Part shown: positions 9,984 through 18,352 of the stretch, piece by piece
How positions within the stretch are numbered: position 1 is the stretch's first letter
How the letters are laid out: each line of letters begins with the position of its first letter
Assembly: GCA_963733295.1 (NCBI GenBank)
Contig: CAVTCS010000003.1
Span: 2,336,001 to 2,400,000 of the forward strand
DNA: 64,000 nt
Source of the DNA: Vulcanimicrobiota bacterium
GTDB lineage: Bacteria; Vulcanimicrobiota; Vulcanimicrobiia; Vulcanimicrobiales; Vulcanimicrobiaceae
Reading direction: 5' to 3'
Position numbers and translations under genes: made by a program
Notes under the pieces: generated by a model
Databases searched by the model: none
What the model saw: only the letters and a program-made list of their open reading frames with translations
Told to the model about the DNA's origin: nothing

Positions 9984-10018
9984 AAGGGGACGCGCCGACG
10001 GCGCGTCCCCTTCTTCTT
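9984..10018. terminator. Intrinsic terminator, probably bidirectional
   Basis: AAGGGGACGCGCC-gac-GGCGCGTCCCCTT stem with TTCTTCTT after it and AAAA before it; lies between convergent genes. Confidence 0.85.
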
Positions 10019-10021
10019 AGG

Positions 10022-10396
10022 TCAGGTCGTAGTGAAGTTGAGAGTCGCCGTCGCCGGAATCGGTTGCGAATGGCAAGCGCCCACCGCTGCCGCAAACCCC
10101 GGCGCCGACTGAACGGCGCTCAGACAGAGGGTCCCGATCGCGGGCAGGCCGCCGAAGGTGACGTGCCCGTTGTCGTCCGTCACACCCGTCGCCAAAGTCG
10201 TTCCCGAAGGCAGCGCTCCGTTGAGTTGCGTCGACAGCGTCACGGTGATGTTCGCGGTCGGCGTCCCGCCGACGGTCACCGTCACCACCACCGAACTCGG
10301 ATTAGGGCCCGACGGCGTCGAACTGATGCCCGGGTTATTGGAGCAAGCTGTGAACGCGAGCGCGCAGAGCGCGACTGCGAAGAAGCGTAACTTCAA
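10022..10396 (-). CDS. Lipoprotein with a prealbumin/Ig-like beta domain
   Basis: Signal peptide with lipobox FTAC; Thr/Val-rich beta strands; TDDNG.VTF motif; AAGGA ribosome-binding site. Confidence 0.75.
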   Translation of the reverse strand: MKLRFFAVALCALAFTACSNNPGISSTPSGPNPSSVVVTVTVGGTPTANITVTLSTQLNGALPSGTTLATGVTDDNGHVTFGGLPAIGTLCLSAVQSAPGFAAAVGACHSQPIPATATLNFTTT

Positions 10397-10442
10397 AGCT
10401 CGCCGTCCTTCGCTGAAGGGATGCGACGGCCTTTTGCGCCCG

Positions 10443-11021
10443 CTAGCCGCGTTCGATGTCGCCCGGTTTGCGCAATTCTTGGGTGGCGCCTGGGCGATAG
10501 GTGTAACTGCTTTCGTACGTCGGCGGCGCGCCGGCCGGCGGCGGCGTGGGAACTCCGTAGAGGTTCGGCGGCGGTCCTGCGGCGTAGTTCGACGGCGCGA
10601 GGGTTGCTCCGGAAAGCAGCGCGATGATCACTTGCGCCATGCCGATGAACATCGGGATCAAGCCACCGAGCAACCATGGGCCGGGATGAAACGTGTATCC
10701 CGTGCCGTTGTCGTGCATTCCGATGAACGAAAGACCGGTCAGTAGCGCCAAGCCGATAAAGGTCAGCGTGATGCCCTTGCGGAGCATCCTCCGCGGGTCG
10801 GCGCAGGTTTCGTCCTCGGGCTGGGCCAGCGGTCCCGCCGGGGTTGCGGCGCGCGCCGCTTTCCAGTCGCGTTGCGCGAATCCCGGCGCGACGCCATGGC
10901 GAATCATTTCGATGCGCTCCCGGTGCGCTAGAACGCGGAAGATGACGAAGGCAAGCACCGGTGCGCCGAAGACGAAGAATATTCCAAAGAGCGGCACCAG
11001 AATCGCAGTGTCGTCTTGCAT
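10443..11021 (-). CDS. DUF6249-like membrane protein
   Basis: N-terminal TM followed by HRERIEMIRHG, two more TMs (GLIPMFIG); GGAG ribosome-binding site; divergent from the ECF sigma gene. Confidence 0.75.
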   Translation of the reverse strand: MQDDTAILVPLFGIFFVFGAPVLAFVIFRVLAHRERIEMIRHGVAPGFAQRDWKAARAATPAGPLAQPEDETCADPRRMLRKGITLTFIGLALLTGLSFIGMHDNGTGYTFHPGPWLLGGLIPMFIGMAQVIIALLSGATLAPSNYAAGPPPNLYGVPTPPPAGAPPTYESSYTYRPGATQELRKPGDIERG

Positions 11022-11064
11022 TAGTGCTCTCCAGGGTAGCGTAGCTCGAACATTGTGCCGGAGA

Positions 11065-11090
11065 TACGGCTCAGACCGCCAACGGTTTCA
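11065..11090 (-). promoter_or_regulatory. SigW-type ECF promoter TGAAAC-N16-CGTA for the DUF6249-like gene
   Basis: Exact match to the B. subtilis SigW consensus on the minus strand. Confidence 0.8.
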
Positions 11091-11117
11091 CGAAACTTGC
11101 CCTCTCCGTTCGGCGTA
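11091..11117 (+). promoter_or_regulatory. Autoregulatory ECF promoter CGAAAC-N17-CGTA for the sigma operon
   Basis: GAAAC at 11092-11096 and CGTA at 11114-11117. Confidence 0.7.
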
Positions 11118-11159
11118 CACGGGGGCGTGGCATCCTCGCTGGCCGAGAGGGAACCGCGC

Positions 11160-11705
11160 GTGAGCACGCTCGGGACGATCGAAGCAACCGACGCGGACTT
11201 GGTCCTCCAGACGTTGGCCGGACGTCCGGAAGCGTTCGGGACGCTCGTCGAGCGGTACGACCGTGCGATTTTCCACCTTTGCCTGCGAACGATGCGCGAC
11301 CGGGAGGAGGCCCGCGATGCCACTCAGGAGACATTTTTCAAGGCGTTCAGGGGGCTGCGCACCTTCAAACCCGACGCTAAATTCTCGACCTGGCTCTTTT
11401 CCATTGCCTACCACGCCTGCTGTGACCGGCTGGCCAAGCTCAAGCGCTTCAGCGACTCCGAGCTGCCGGACCGGGCCGACCATTCTCCCGGCCCGGCAGA
11501 ATTGGCCGAAAGAAGTGATGAGGCCGTGGCGCTTCGCCAAGCAATCGACGAGCTGCCGGAGAAGTATCGAACCGTCATCACGCTGTATCATCTCCAGCAA
11601 AGGCAGTACGAGGAGATCGCGACGGTCCTCGACCTCCCGCTGGGTACCGTCAAGACACACCTGTTTCGGGCAAAAGAACTCCTCCGGAAGAAGCTAAGCG
11701 CATGA
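11160..11705 (+). CDS. ECF RNA polymerase sigma factor, SigW-like
   Basis: Region 2 EEARDATQETF...KFSTWLFSIA; region 4 YEEIATVLDLPLGTVKTHLFRA; GAGAGGG ribosome-binding site before GTG. Confidence 0.92.
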   Translation: MSTLGTIEATDADLVLQTLAGRPEAFGTLVERYDRAIFHLCLRTMRDREEARDATQETFFKAFRGLRTFKPDAKFSTWLFSIAYHACCDRLAKLKRFSDSELPDRADHSPGPAELAERSDEAVALRQAIDELPEKYRTVITLYHLQQRQYEEIATVLDLPLGTVKTHLFRAKELLRKKLSA

Positions 11706-12073
11706 ATCGCGACTACGACGATCTCGACCAAGCACTGATGGCGCTCCCACTCGAGGAGCCGCCTGCGGGTCTCCGCGCCTCGATTCTGGCCTCGACCGTC
11801 TACGCGCCGCCGCCGCTTGCAAGCCTCCCCATCCGAACCTGGGAGATCGTCCTCATCGGGACCCTGCTCGCCGTCGGATCGTGGTTCTCCCTCGCCGTCG
11901 CCCAGAGCCCGTCGCTGACCGGCCACGTCGCGGCCAGCCTCGACAGCCTCGTCACCGCGCTTGCCGACCCGACGACGGTCGTGTGGCTGGGGTGCGGCGT
12001 CACGGTCGCGCTCGGCGCCTCGCTCTTCAACGCCTTCCCGCGCCGCGTAACGATTCGCTCGGGCCGTTCGTGA
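11702..12073 (+). CDS. Putative small anti-sigma factor with two TM helices
   Basis: ATGA overlap with the sigma gene; LPLEEPPAGL..SIL motif typical of anti-sigma N-termini; two hydrophobic segments. Confidence 0.65.
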   Translation: MNRDYDDLDQALMALPLEEPPAGLRASILASTVYAPPPLASLPIRTWEIVLIGTLLAVGSWFSLAVAQSPSLTGHVAASLDSLVTALADPTTVVWLGCGVTVALGASLFNAFPRRVTIRSGRS

Positions 12074-12756
12074 CCCAAACGGCCGCGGAACGCCGGTTCC
12101 GCGTCCTGGTCGTTGAAGACGACGCCCAAATTCTTCGCGTTCTGCGCCTCGAGCTCGAGCACGAAGGCTACGAGGTCGAAACCGCAACGGACGGCTTGAG
12201 CGGGCTGGAAAAAGCGCTCAAAGAGCCGGACCTCGTCATCCTCGATTTGATGCTGCCCAAGATGGACGGCATGGAAGTCTGCTCGCGCGTGCGCATCAAG
12301 AGCCGCGTTCCGATCATCATGCTGACCGCCAAAGATCGCATTCCCGACCGCGTCAGCGGTCTCGACCACGGCGCCGACGACTACCTGACGAAGCCGTTCG
12401 CAATCGACGAACTGCTGGCACGCGTGCGCGCCCGGCTGCGCGAACGCCATCCACATTCCAACGTTCTGGCCGGCAAGGATCTGCTCATGGACCGCGAGCG
12501 GCACGAGGTCACGCGCGGTGGCAAAGCGATCGTACTCACGGCCAAAGAGTACGCGCTGCTCGAGTACTTGCTGCTTCACAAGAACAAGGTGCACACGCGC
12601 GACGAACTCTTCAACGGCGTGTGGGGCAGCGATTTCCTCGGCGACTCGAACCTCATCGACGTCTACATCCGCTACCTGCGCGGCAAGATCGACGACGGCT
12701 TCGAAGACAAGCTCATTCAGACGGTGCGCGGCGTAGGCTACACGCTCAAGGACTAG
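12070..12756 (+). CDS. OmpR-family response regulator
   Basis: VVEDD, LDLMLP, MLTAK, GADDYLTKPF and winged helix IQTVRGVGY. Confidence 0.95.
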   Translation: MTQTAAERRFRVLVVEDDAQILRVLRLELEHEGYEVETATDGLSGLEKALKEPDLVILDLMLPKMDGMEVCSRVRIKSRVPIIMLTAKDRIPDRVSGLDHGADDYLTKPFAIDELLARVRARLRERHPHSNVLAGKDLLMDRERHEVTRGGKAIVLTAKEYALLEYLLLHKNKVHTRDELFNGVWGSDFLGDSNLIDVYIRYLRGKIDDGFEDKLIQTVRGVGYTLKD

Positions 12757-12779
12757 CACACGACGAAGAAGGCGCCGCG

Positions 12780-14198
12780 TTGAAGTTCAACACGCTCCGC
12801 TGGCGCATCGCGTCGTTCTACGCGCTTCTGCTCCTGGGCGTGATCGTCATCGTAGGACTCGTCCTCATGTTCGAGCTGCGCGAGATCCTCTTCGAGGGAG
12901 CGCGTGCCACCGTGAACCGCGTCGGAACGGACATCGCGAGCGTCGTTCGCGGTAACGGTACCGGCTCGATCGGCGAGGCGCTCCCCATCGAAGAGACGCT
13001 CACGCTGCCCGGAAATCTCGATCGCTGGTCGTCGCCGACGACGTACGTGGAGGTCGATAGCGCCACCGGCGTACCCGAAGGTAAGAGTTCGAACATGGGC
13101 GCGATGACCTTCGCTCGCAGTCCCCAAAAACGCAGCGCGCCGGTCATCTACTCGGAAGAAACGACGCCGGTCGGTCACGTCCTCGTGCGCGACGAATTCA
13201 TCCACTCGCCGGGCGTCGCGCTCATCGTCAAAGTCGGTGAGAGCCTCGAAACGTACGACCAAACGTTGGCCCGAACGCGCACGCTCTTAGCATTCATCGT
13301 CGCCCTTTCGGCGATCGTCGTGGTCGTGGGGTCGTTCGCGCTGGCGTCGAGCGCGGTCGGACCGATCGACCGCATGAACGCAGCGATGCGCCAGATTCGT
13401 TCGGATCAACTCGACCGCCGCCTCGGTCCGTCGGCCCGCACCGACGAACTCGGGCGGCTGGCGGCGAGTTTCGACGACATGCTCGACCGGTTGCAAGAGG
13501 GCTTCGCGCGCGAACGGCAGTTCATCTCCGACGCCTCGCACGAGTTGAAGACGCCGCTCACCGTCATCAACGCGAACGCACAGATGCTGGAACGTTGGGC
13601 CGACCGCAATCCCGAGATTCGCTCCGAAAGCCTGCGCGCAATTCGCGACGAGAGCTCGGGGCTCGCGCGGATGATCAACGGTATGCTCTTGCTCGCGAAA
13701 GCGGAATCGGGCGACGGCATACCGCGCGAACCGGTTCTTCTCGACGCCGTCGCGCGCGAGGCGGTGCGGCTCGGCGGCCCGCTCGCCGAAGCGAAACAGC
13801 TGACGCTCGAGTATCGTCCCGACCCAAGCGCGGCCGAGGCACGCGTGCTGGGCGATCCGGATCTGGTGCGTCAGTTGATGAGCAACCTCATCGAGAACGC
13901 AGTTAAATTCACGCAGTCGGGTGAGATCGTGGTCACCCTCTCGGCGACCCCCCAGTTTGCGACGATCGTCGTCGCGGATACCGGCGTCGGAATCGAAGAG
14001 GAGGCCTTGGACCGCGTCTTCGACCGGTTCTACCGGACCGACAAGTCGCGAAATCGCGGGATCGAGGGGACCGGGCTCGGCCTCGCGATCGTGCGCAGCA
14101 TCGCCCGGATCCACGGGGGAAACGTGGTTGCCGAACGCCGGCCGGAAGGTGGAAGCATCTTCCGGGTAACGCTGCCGACCTTCACGCCTCTCTCATGA
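12780..14198 (+). CDS. HAMP-domain sensor histidine kinase
   Basis: Two TMs, HAMP, H-box ASHELKTPL, N-box NLIENAVKF, DTGVGI and GTGLGLAI. Confidence 0.95.
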   Translation: MKFNTLRWRIASFYALLLLGVIVIVGLVLMFELREILFEGARATVNRVGTDIASVVRGNGTGSIGEALPIEETLTLPGNLDRWSSPTTYVEVDSATGVPEGKSSNMGAMTFARSPQKRSAPVIYSEETTPVGHVLVRDEFIHSPGVALIVKVGESLETYDQTLARTRTLLAFIVALSAIVVVVGSFALASSAVGPIDRMNAAMRQIRSDQLDRRLGPSARTDELGRLAASFDDMLDRLQEGFARERQFISDASHELKTPLTVINANAQMLERWADRNPEIRSESLRAIRDESSGLARMINGMLLLAKAESGDGIPREPVLLDAVAREAVRLGGPLAEAKQLTLEYRPDPSAAEARVLGDPDLVRQLMSNLIENAVKFTQSGEIVVTLSATPQFATIVVADTGVGIEEEALDRVFDRFYRTDKSRNRGIEGTGLGLAIVRSIARIHGGNVVAERRPEGGSIFRVTLPTFTPLS

Positions 14199-14229
14199 CC
14201 GGTCCCGCTTGACCGGTTACCCTTAAGAG

Positions 14230-15489
14230 GTGCTCGAGACTCGAATCGGCGTGGCGCGCGCGCTCGTGTTCGGCCTGGGCGCGTGGCTCCTCGCAACCGC
14301 TCCGGCTCGTTCGGAGGTCACGACGGTCCCGGGCGGCGCCGGCGCGCCGATCGTCCGCGTGCAAGCGCTCCAAGGAAACGTCACCATCCGGACCTGGGAT
14401 CGCCCCGACGTGCAAATCGACGGGGACCCGGCGAGCTATTCCCTCGAGCAGCACGTCGCCCGCATCCCGGCCGTTTTTCCGCCGACGCCGATCTCGCCCG
14501 GCCGAATCGCCGGACCCGACGGCACGCCGATCATCATTCCCGCCGAAAGTTTCGTCGTCTCAACCTTGCCGGCGGGGCCGCGCGACGTCGTCGTCGTCAA
14601 GGGCACGCAGCTCGGCTCGCTGACCGTCACGATCCCGAACAACACGCCGGTGCTCGGCGTGCAAATCGGACGCGGATCGCTCAGCATCGACGGCTACCGC
14701 AACGAAACGCTGATCGCACACATGCGCGACGGGAACGTGGCGCTGCGCAACATGAGCGGTGACGTTTTCGTGCAAGACCTGCGCGGAACGCTTTCAGCCG
14801 AAGACTCGTCCTTCGGCCGGCTCCGCGCGCGCGGCGCGCTCGGGCCGATGGTTTTCGAACGCTGCAACGTCCGTCAAATCGAGGCAACCAACGTCAACGG
14901 CTCGATCGTGTACGATCGCGGTACTTTCGAACCCGGACTCGCGCGTTTTGCGTCCGAACACGGCGACGTCGCGGTCGGAGTCGCGTCGGGACCGGCCGAA
15001 CTCGGCGCGAGCGTATCGGATGGCGGCCGCGTTTACACGATGTTCGACAACCGCGCGCAAGTCGACTTGCACGAGGGACACAGCTCCGCGTCGCTAGGCG
15101 GCGGGGGCGGCGCGACGGTCAATGCGACGAGCGGTTCCGGCAACGTGTACCTCTACGACGGCTCGCTCCGGGCACGGCCGCGCCTGCCCGCCGAATGGCA
15201 GGCACCGGCCGGCACGTTGTTCGGAGCGCCGCGAAACGGCTACGGAGCCGGTTCGTTCGGCGGCCAGCCACGCTACGAAGGCGCGCCGCGCAGCGGATAC
15301 CCGATGCACTATCAAAGCGCACCGCAATACGAAGCTCCGCGAGGTCCGTACAGCGCTTACCCGCATCCGTACAGCGCTTACTCGCGTCCATACGCCTACC
15401 CGCCGGCGCGACGCCCGAGCGCTCCCGCAAACGGGGCGCGCCGTCCGCCACCTCCGCACGAACCGCAAGGACACGGCAACAAACACTAG
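14230..15489 (+). CDS. Secreted DUF4097-like beta-repeat protein with a Pro/Tyr-rich tail
   Basis: Signal peptide, GNVTIRTWDRPDV, repeated G.V/I beta units and a low-complexity C-terminus. Confidence 0.7.
   Translation: MLETRIGVARALVFGLGAWLLATAPARSEVTTVPGGAGAPIVRVQALQGNVTIRTWDRPDVQIDGDPASYSLEQHVARIPAVFPPTPISPGRIAGPDGTPIIIPAESFVVSTLPAGPRDVVVVKGTQLGSLTVTIPNNTPVLGVQIGRGSLSIDGYRNETLIAHMRDGNVALRNMSGDVFVQDLRGTLSAEDSSFGRLRARGALGPMVFERCNVRQIEATNVNGSIVYDRGTFEPGLARFASEHGDVAVGVASGPAELGASVSDGGRVYTMFDNRAQVDLHEGHSSASLGGGGGATVNATSGSGNVYLYDGSLRARPRLPAEWQAPAGTLFGAPRNGYGAGSFGGQPRYEGAPRSGYPMHYQSAPQYEAPRGPYSAYPHPYSAYSRPYAYPPARRPSAPANGARRPPPPHEPQGHGNKH
15345..15399 (+). repeat. 21-bp in-frame tandem repeat encoding PYSAY
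   Basis: TCCGTACAGCGCTTAC at 15345 and 15366, plus a degenerate third copy. Confidence 0.8.
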
Positions 15490-15493
15490 GTTT

Positions 15494-18271
15494 TCAGGAT
15501 ATTTGCAGTGCTTCTGCGGCGACTCTTTCGACATCGAGCAGCGCGCCTTGCCGAGTTAGGGTCGCGATCTCGTCCTCCGGGAGCCGCTCGCGCAGCGCAC
15601 TCAGCACCAGCCCGTGCGAGTGTCGCTCGGTAAACTCGAGTTCGTACCCGACACTGCCACACCAAGCCTCGACGTAACCGAGGAGCGTCGCGGCGCGGCT
15701 TGCGTCGCCGCGCAACGCCGCGACGGCGGCGAGATGGACGAGCACGATCGAGACGGCTTGCGTGTCTTGAGCGCGCCGGCCGAGCGCCAAGGCCTCACGT
15801 GCGGCGGCACGCGCTGCGTCGCTTTCGCCGAGAGCAAGCTGGTAGCCGGCAGCGTTGGTCAGCGCCTTCGCTTGGCGCGCGATCATACCCAAGCGGGCAA
15901 ACGTCGCTGCGGCTTCGGTGGCGAGCTCCAGCGCTCGCCGCGCATCGCCCGCCTCAAACTCAAGCTCGGCTAGATTGACCGCCGGGATCGCCGCCGCGCT
16001 TTCTTCGCCTATCGCGGTGTAAAGGGCAATCGCTTGACGGTACAGCGCGCGGCCCTCATCGGTGCGTCCCTGCAAGCGCAGGATCGTGGCCCGCGTGCCG
16101 AGCGCGCCGGCATAACTGCGAGTCGTGGTTTGATCGAGCTGCTGCATCAGCTCGAGCGCGCGATCGATCGCCGCTTCCGCCTCGGCGAAGCGTTGCATCT
16201 GCCACAAGCCGGAAGCGCGCAGGCGATGTGCGTCGGCGAGTCTGATCCGATCGCCGGCTAGCTCGAACAGTGGAATCGCCCGCTCGGCTGCCTCGACGGT
16301 TTGTTTGGCGATGCCGAGGCCCGCGAGGATATGCCACAGCGGCCCTTCGATGGCCGGCGAAACGCCGTCGGGCAGCGCGCTCAAGGCGGCTTCGATCCAG
16401 CGCCGGCCTTCGCCCAGGCGCCCGCCGTGCGACCAAAGCCCGCTGAGGTCGCGCGCAATGCGGGCAGCGACGATAGGGTCGGCGCCGGTGCCCAGCGACC
16501 ACGTCAGCGCCGCACGAGCGTTTTCGAGCTCGTTGCCGGCGACCGCGAGCCATCGGTCGATCGGTAGACCGGCGGAGGACGCCTCGAACATCGCAGCCGC
16601 GAAGTCCGCCATCCAGGCCGCGTGGCGCTGCGCCAAGACTGCTCGTTCGCCGCTCTCTTCGAGCTTTTCTACCGCGTACGCACGCGTCGACTCGAGTAAC
16701 CGATAGCGCGCGCTCTCCGCGAGTTCGGCAACGACCAGCGATTTTTCGACGAGCGAGCCGTGCAGGTCTAAGATCTCGAGCGAGTCTAGCGTCGCGTCGG
16801 CGCAGACCGCCTCGGCCGCCTCGAGCGTCCAGCCGCCCGCAAAGATGCCGACGCGCCGGAAGAGCAGCCGCTCGGGCTCCGCGAGCAGGTTGTGACTCCA
16901 GTCGATCGTGGCACGCATCGTTTGCTGTCGCGGGAGCGCATCGTGGCTCCCACCGGTGAGGAGTCGAAAGCGCTCGTCCAGCTTCCGGGAAAGTTGCGCC
17001 AGCTCGAGGATCCTCACTCGCGCTGCAGCCAATTCGATCGCGAGCGGAATGCCGTCGAGGCGACAGCAGATCTCCGCGACGTACGGCGCGTTCTCGTCGG
17101 TCAGCGCAAAATGGTTGTCGGCGCGGAAGGCACGGTCGACGAAGAGCTGAGGAGCGCCGAAGGTGAGCACCTCCTTCGCTGACAGCGTTTGACCCGGGGG
17201 CGGCACCGAGAGCGACGGCATCCGGTACAACTGCTCGCCGGCAATATTCAAGCTCTCGCGGCTGGTTGCCAGGATGCGCACGTCGTGACAACCGTGCAGG
17301 ATCGTGGCAGCAGCGCTTCGCGCTTCCTCGATCACGTGTTCGCAGTTGTCGAGAACGAGCAGCAGCCGCTTGTGTTTGAGATACGCGAGCAACGAGTCGA
17401 GAAGCGGGCAGTCCGGCGACTCGGGCACGCCGAGAGATCGGGCGACGACACTGACCCCAAGCGACGGATCTGAGATCGGCGCGAGCTCGGCCAGCCACAC
17501 GCCGTTGCCCGACCCATCGAGCAATTCCGCGCCGACCTGGATCGCGCAGCGCGTCTTACCGGCGCCACCCGTGCCGACTAACGTCACGAGCCGATGCTGC
17601 TCCAGCAGCGCTTTAATCTCGAGCACCACGTCCTCGCGACCGACGAACGAGGTGAGCTGAGCCGGCAAATTGTTCGAAAGGTGATCGAGTGAAAGAAGCG
17701 GCGGAAACGCTTCGGGCAAGTCCGGTGCGACGAGTTGATAGACGCGTTCGGGCTGCGCCAAATCCTTGAGCCGATGCGCACCCAGCTCGCGCAGGCTGCA
17801 GTGCGGCGGAATCTCGTCTTGGAGCAGCTCGGTGCATATGCCCGAGAGCAGCACCTGCCCACCGTACCCGATCGCGAGCAATCGCGCGACGCGATTGACC
17901 GTCGGACCGAAGTAGTCGCCGTCGCGCTCCTCGGCGCTTCCTGAGTGCAGCGCCATACGCACGCGAATGCCATCCACGGCTGCGAAATCTTCGGCACTCA
18001 GCGCGCGCTGCGCGTCGAGCGCGCCGGCTAGCGCTTCTTGCGGGCTCGCGAAGGCCGCACAGAACGCATCGCCGACGGTCTTGAAGACATAGCCACCCCG
18101 CGCTTCGAGCGCTTTGCGCATCAGCGCATCGTGGCGTGCCAGCGCGGCAGCCATCGCATCGCGGTCACGTTCCCATCGTACGGTGCTGCCTTCGATGTCC
18201 GAAAACACAAACGTCACCGTGCCGGTAGGCCGAACCGAAACCGGCAGGCCCGATCCCGCCTTGGTCGCCAT
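15494..18271 (-). CDS. Class III adenylate/guanylate cyclase fused to a STAND NTPase and TPR-like repeats
   Basis: FSDIEGST, KTVGDAF, DYFGPTVNRVAR; Walker A GTGGAGKT; Walker B LLVLDNCEH; LDGIPLAIELAA. Confidence 0.92.
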   Translation of the reverse strand: MATKAGSGLPVSVRPTGTVTFVFSDIEGSTVRWERDRDAMAAALARHDALMRKALEARGGYVFKTVGDAFCAAFASPQEALAGALDAQRALSAEDFAAVDGIRVRMALHSGSAEERDGDYFGPTVNRVARLLAIGYGGQVLLSGICTELLQDEIPPHCSLRELGAHRLKDLAQPERVYQLVAPDLPEAFPPLLSLDHLSNNLPAQLTSFVGREDVVLEIKALLEQHRLVTLVGTGGAGKTRCAIQVGAELLDGSGNGVWLAELAPISDPSLGVSVVARSLGVPESPDCPLLDSLLAYLKHKRLLLVLDNCEHVIEEARSAAATILHGCHDVRILATSRESLNIAGEQLYRMPSLSVPPPGQTLSAKEVLTFGAPQLFVDRAFRADNHFALTDENAPYVAEICCRLDGIPLAIELAAARVRILELAQLSRKLDERFRLLTGGSHDALPRQQTMRATIDWSHNLLAEPERLLFRRVGIFAGGWTLEAAEAVCADATLDSLEILDLHGSLVEKSLVVAELAESARYRLLESTRAYAVEKLEESGERAVLAQRHAAWMADFAAAMFEASSAGLPIDRWLAVAGNELENARAALTWSLGTGADPIVAARIARDLSGLWSHGGRLGEGRRWIEAALSALPDGVSPAIEGPLWHILAGLGIAKQTVEAAERAIPLFELAGDRIRLADAHRLRASGLWQMQRFAEAEAAIDRALELMQQLDQTTTRSYAGALGTRATILRLQGRTDEGRALYRQAIALYTAIGEESAAAIPAVNLAELEFEAGDARRALELATEAAATFARLGMIARQAKALTNAAGYQLALGESDAARAAAREALALGRRAQDTQAVSIVLVHLAAVAALRGDASRAATLLGYVEAWCGSVGYELEFTERHSHGLVLSALRERLPEDEIATLTRQGALLDVERVAAEALQIS

Positions 18272-18352
18272 CAGCGGACTTTCGGGTTTCGGCTTCCCGC
18301 CTCCGCTGATCGAGCGGTGCGAGGCGCTTTGGGGCTTGCCTCGGACGAGAGG

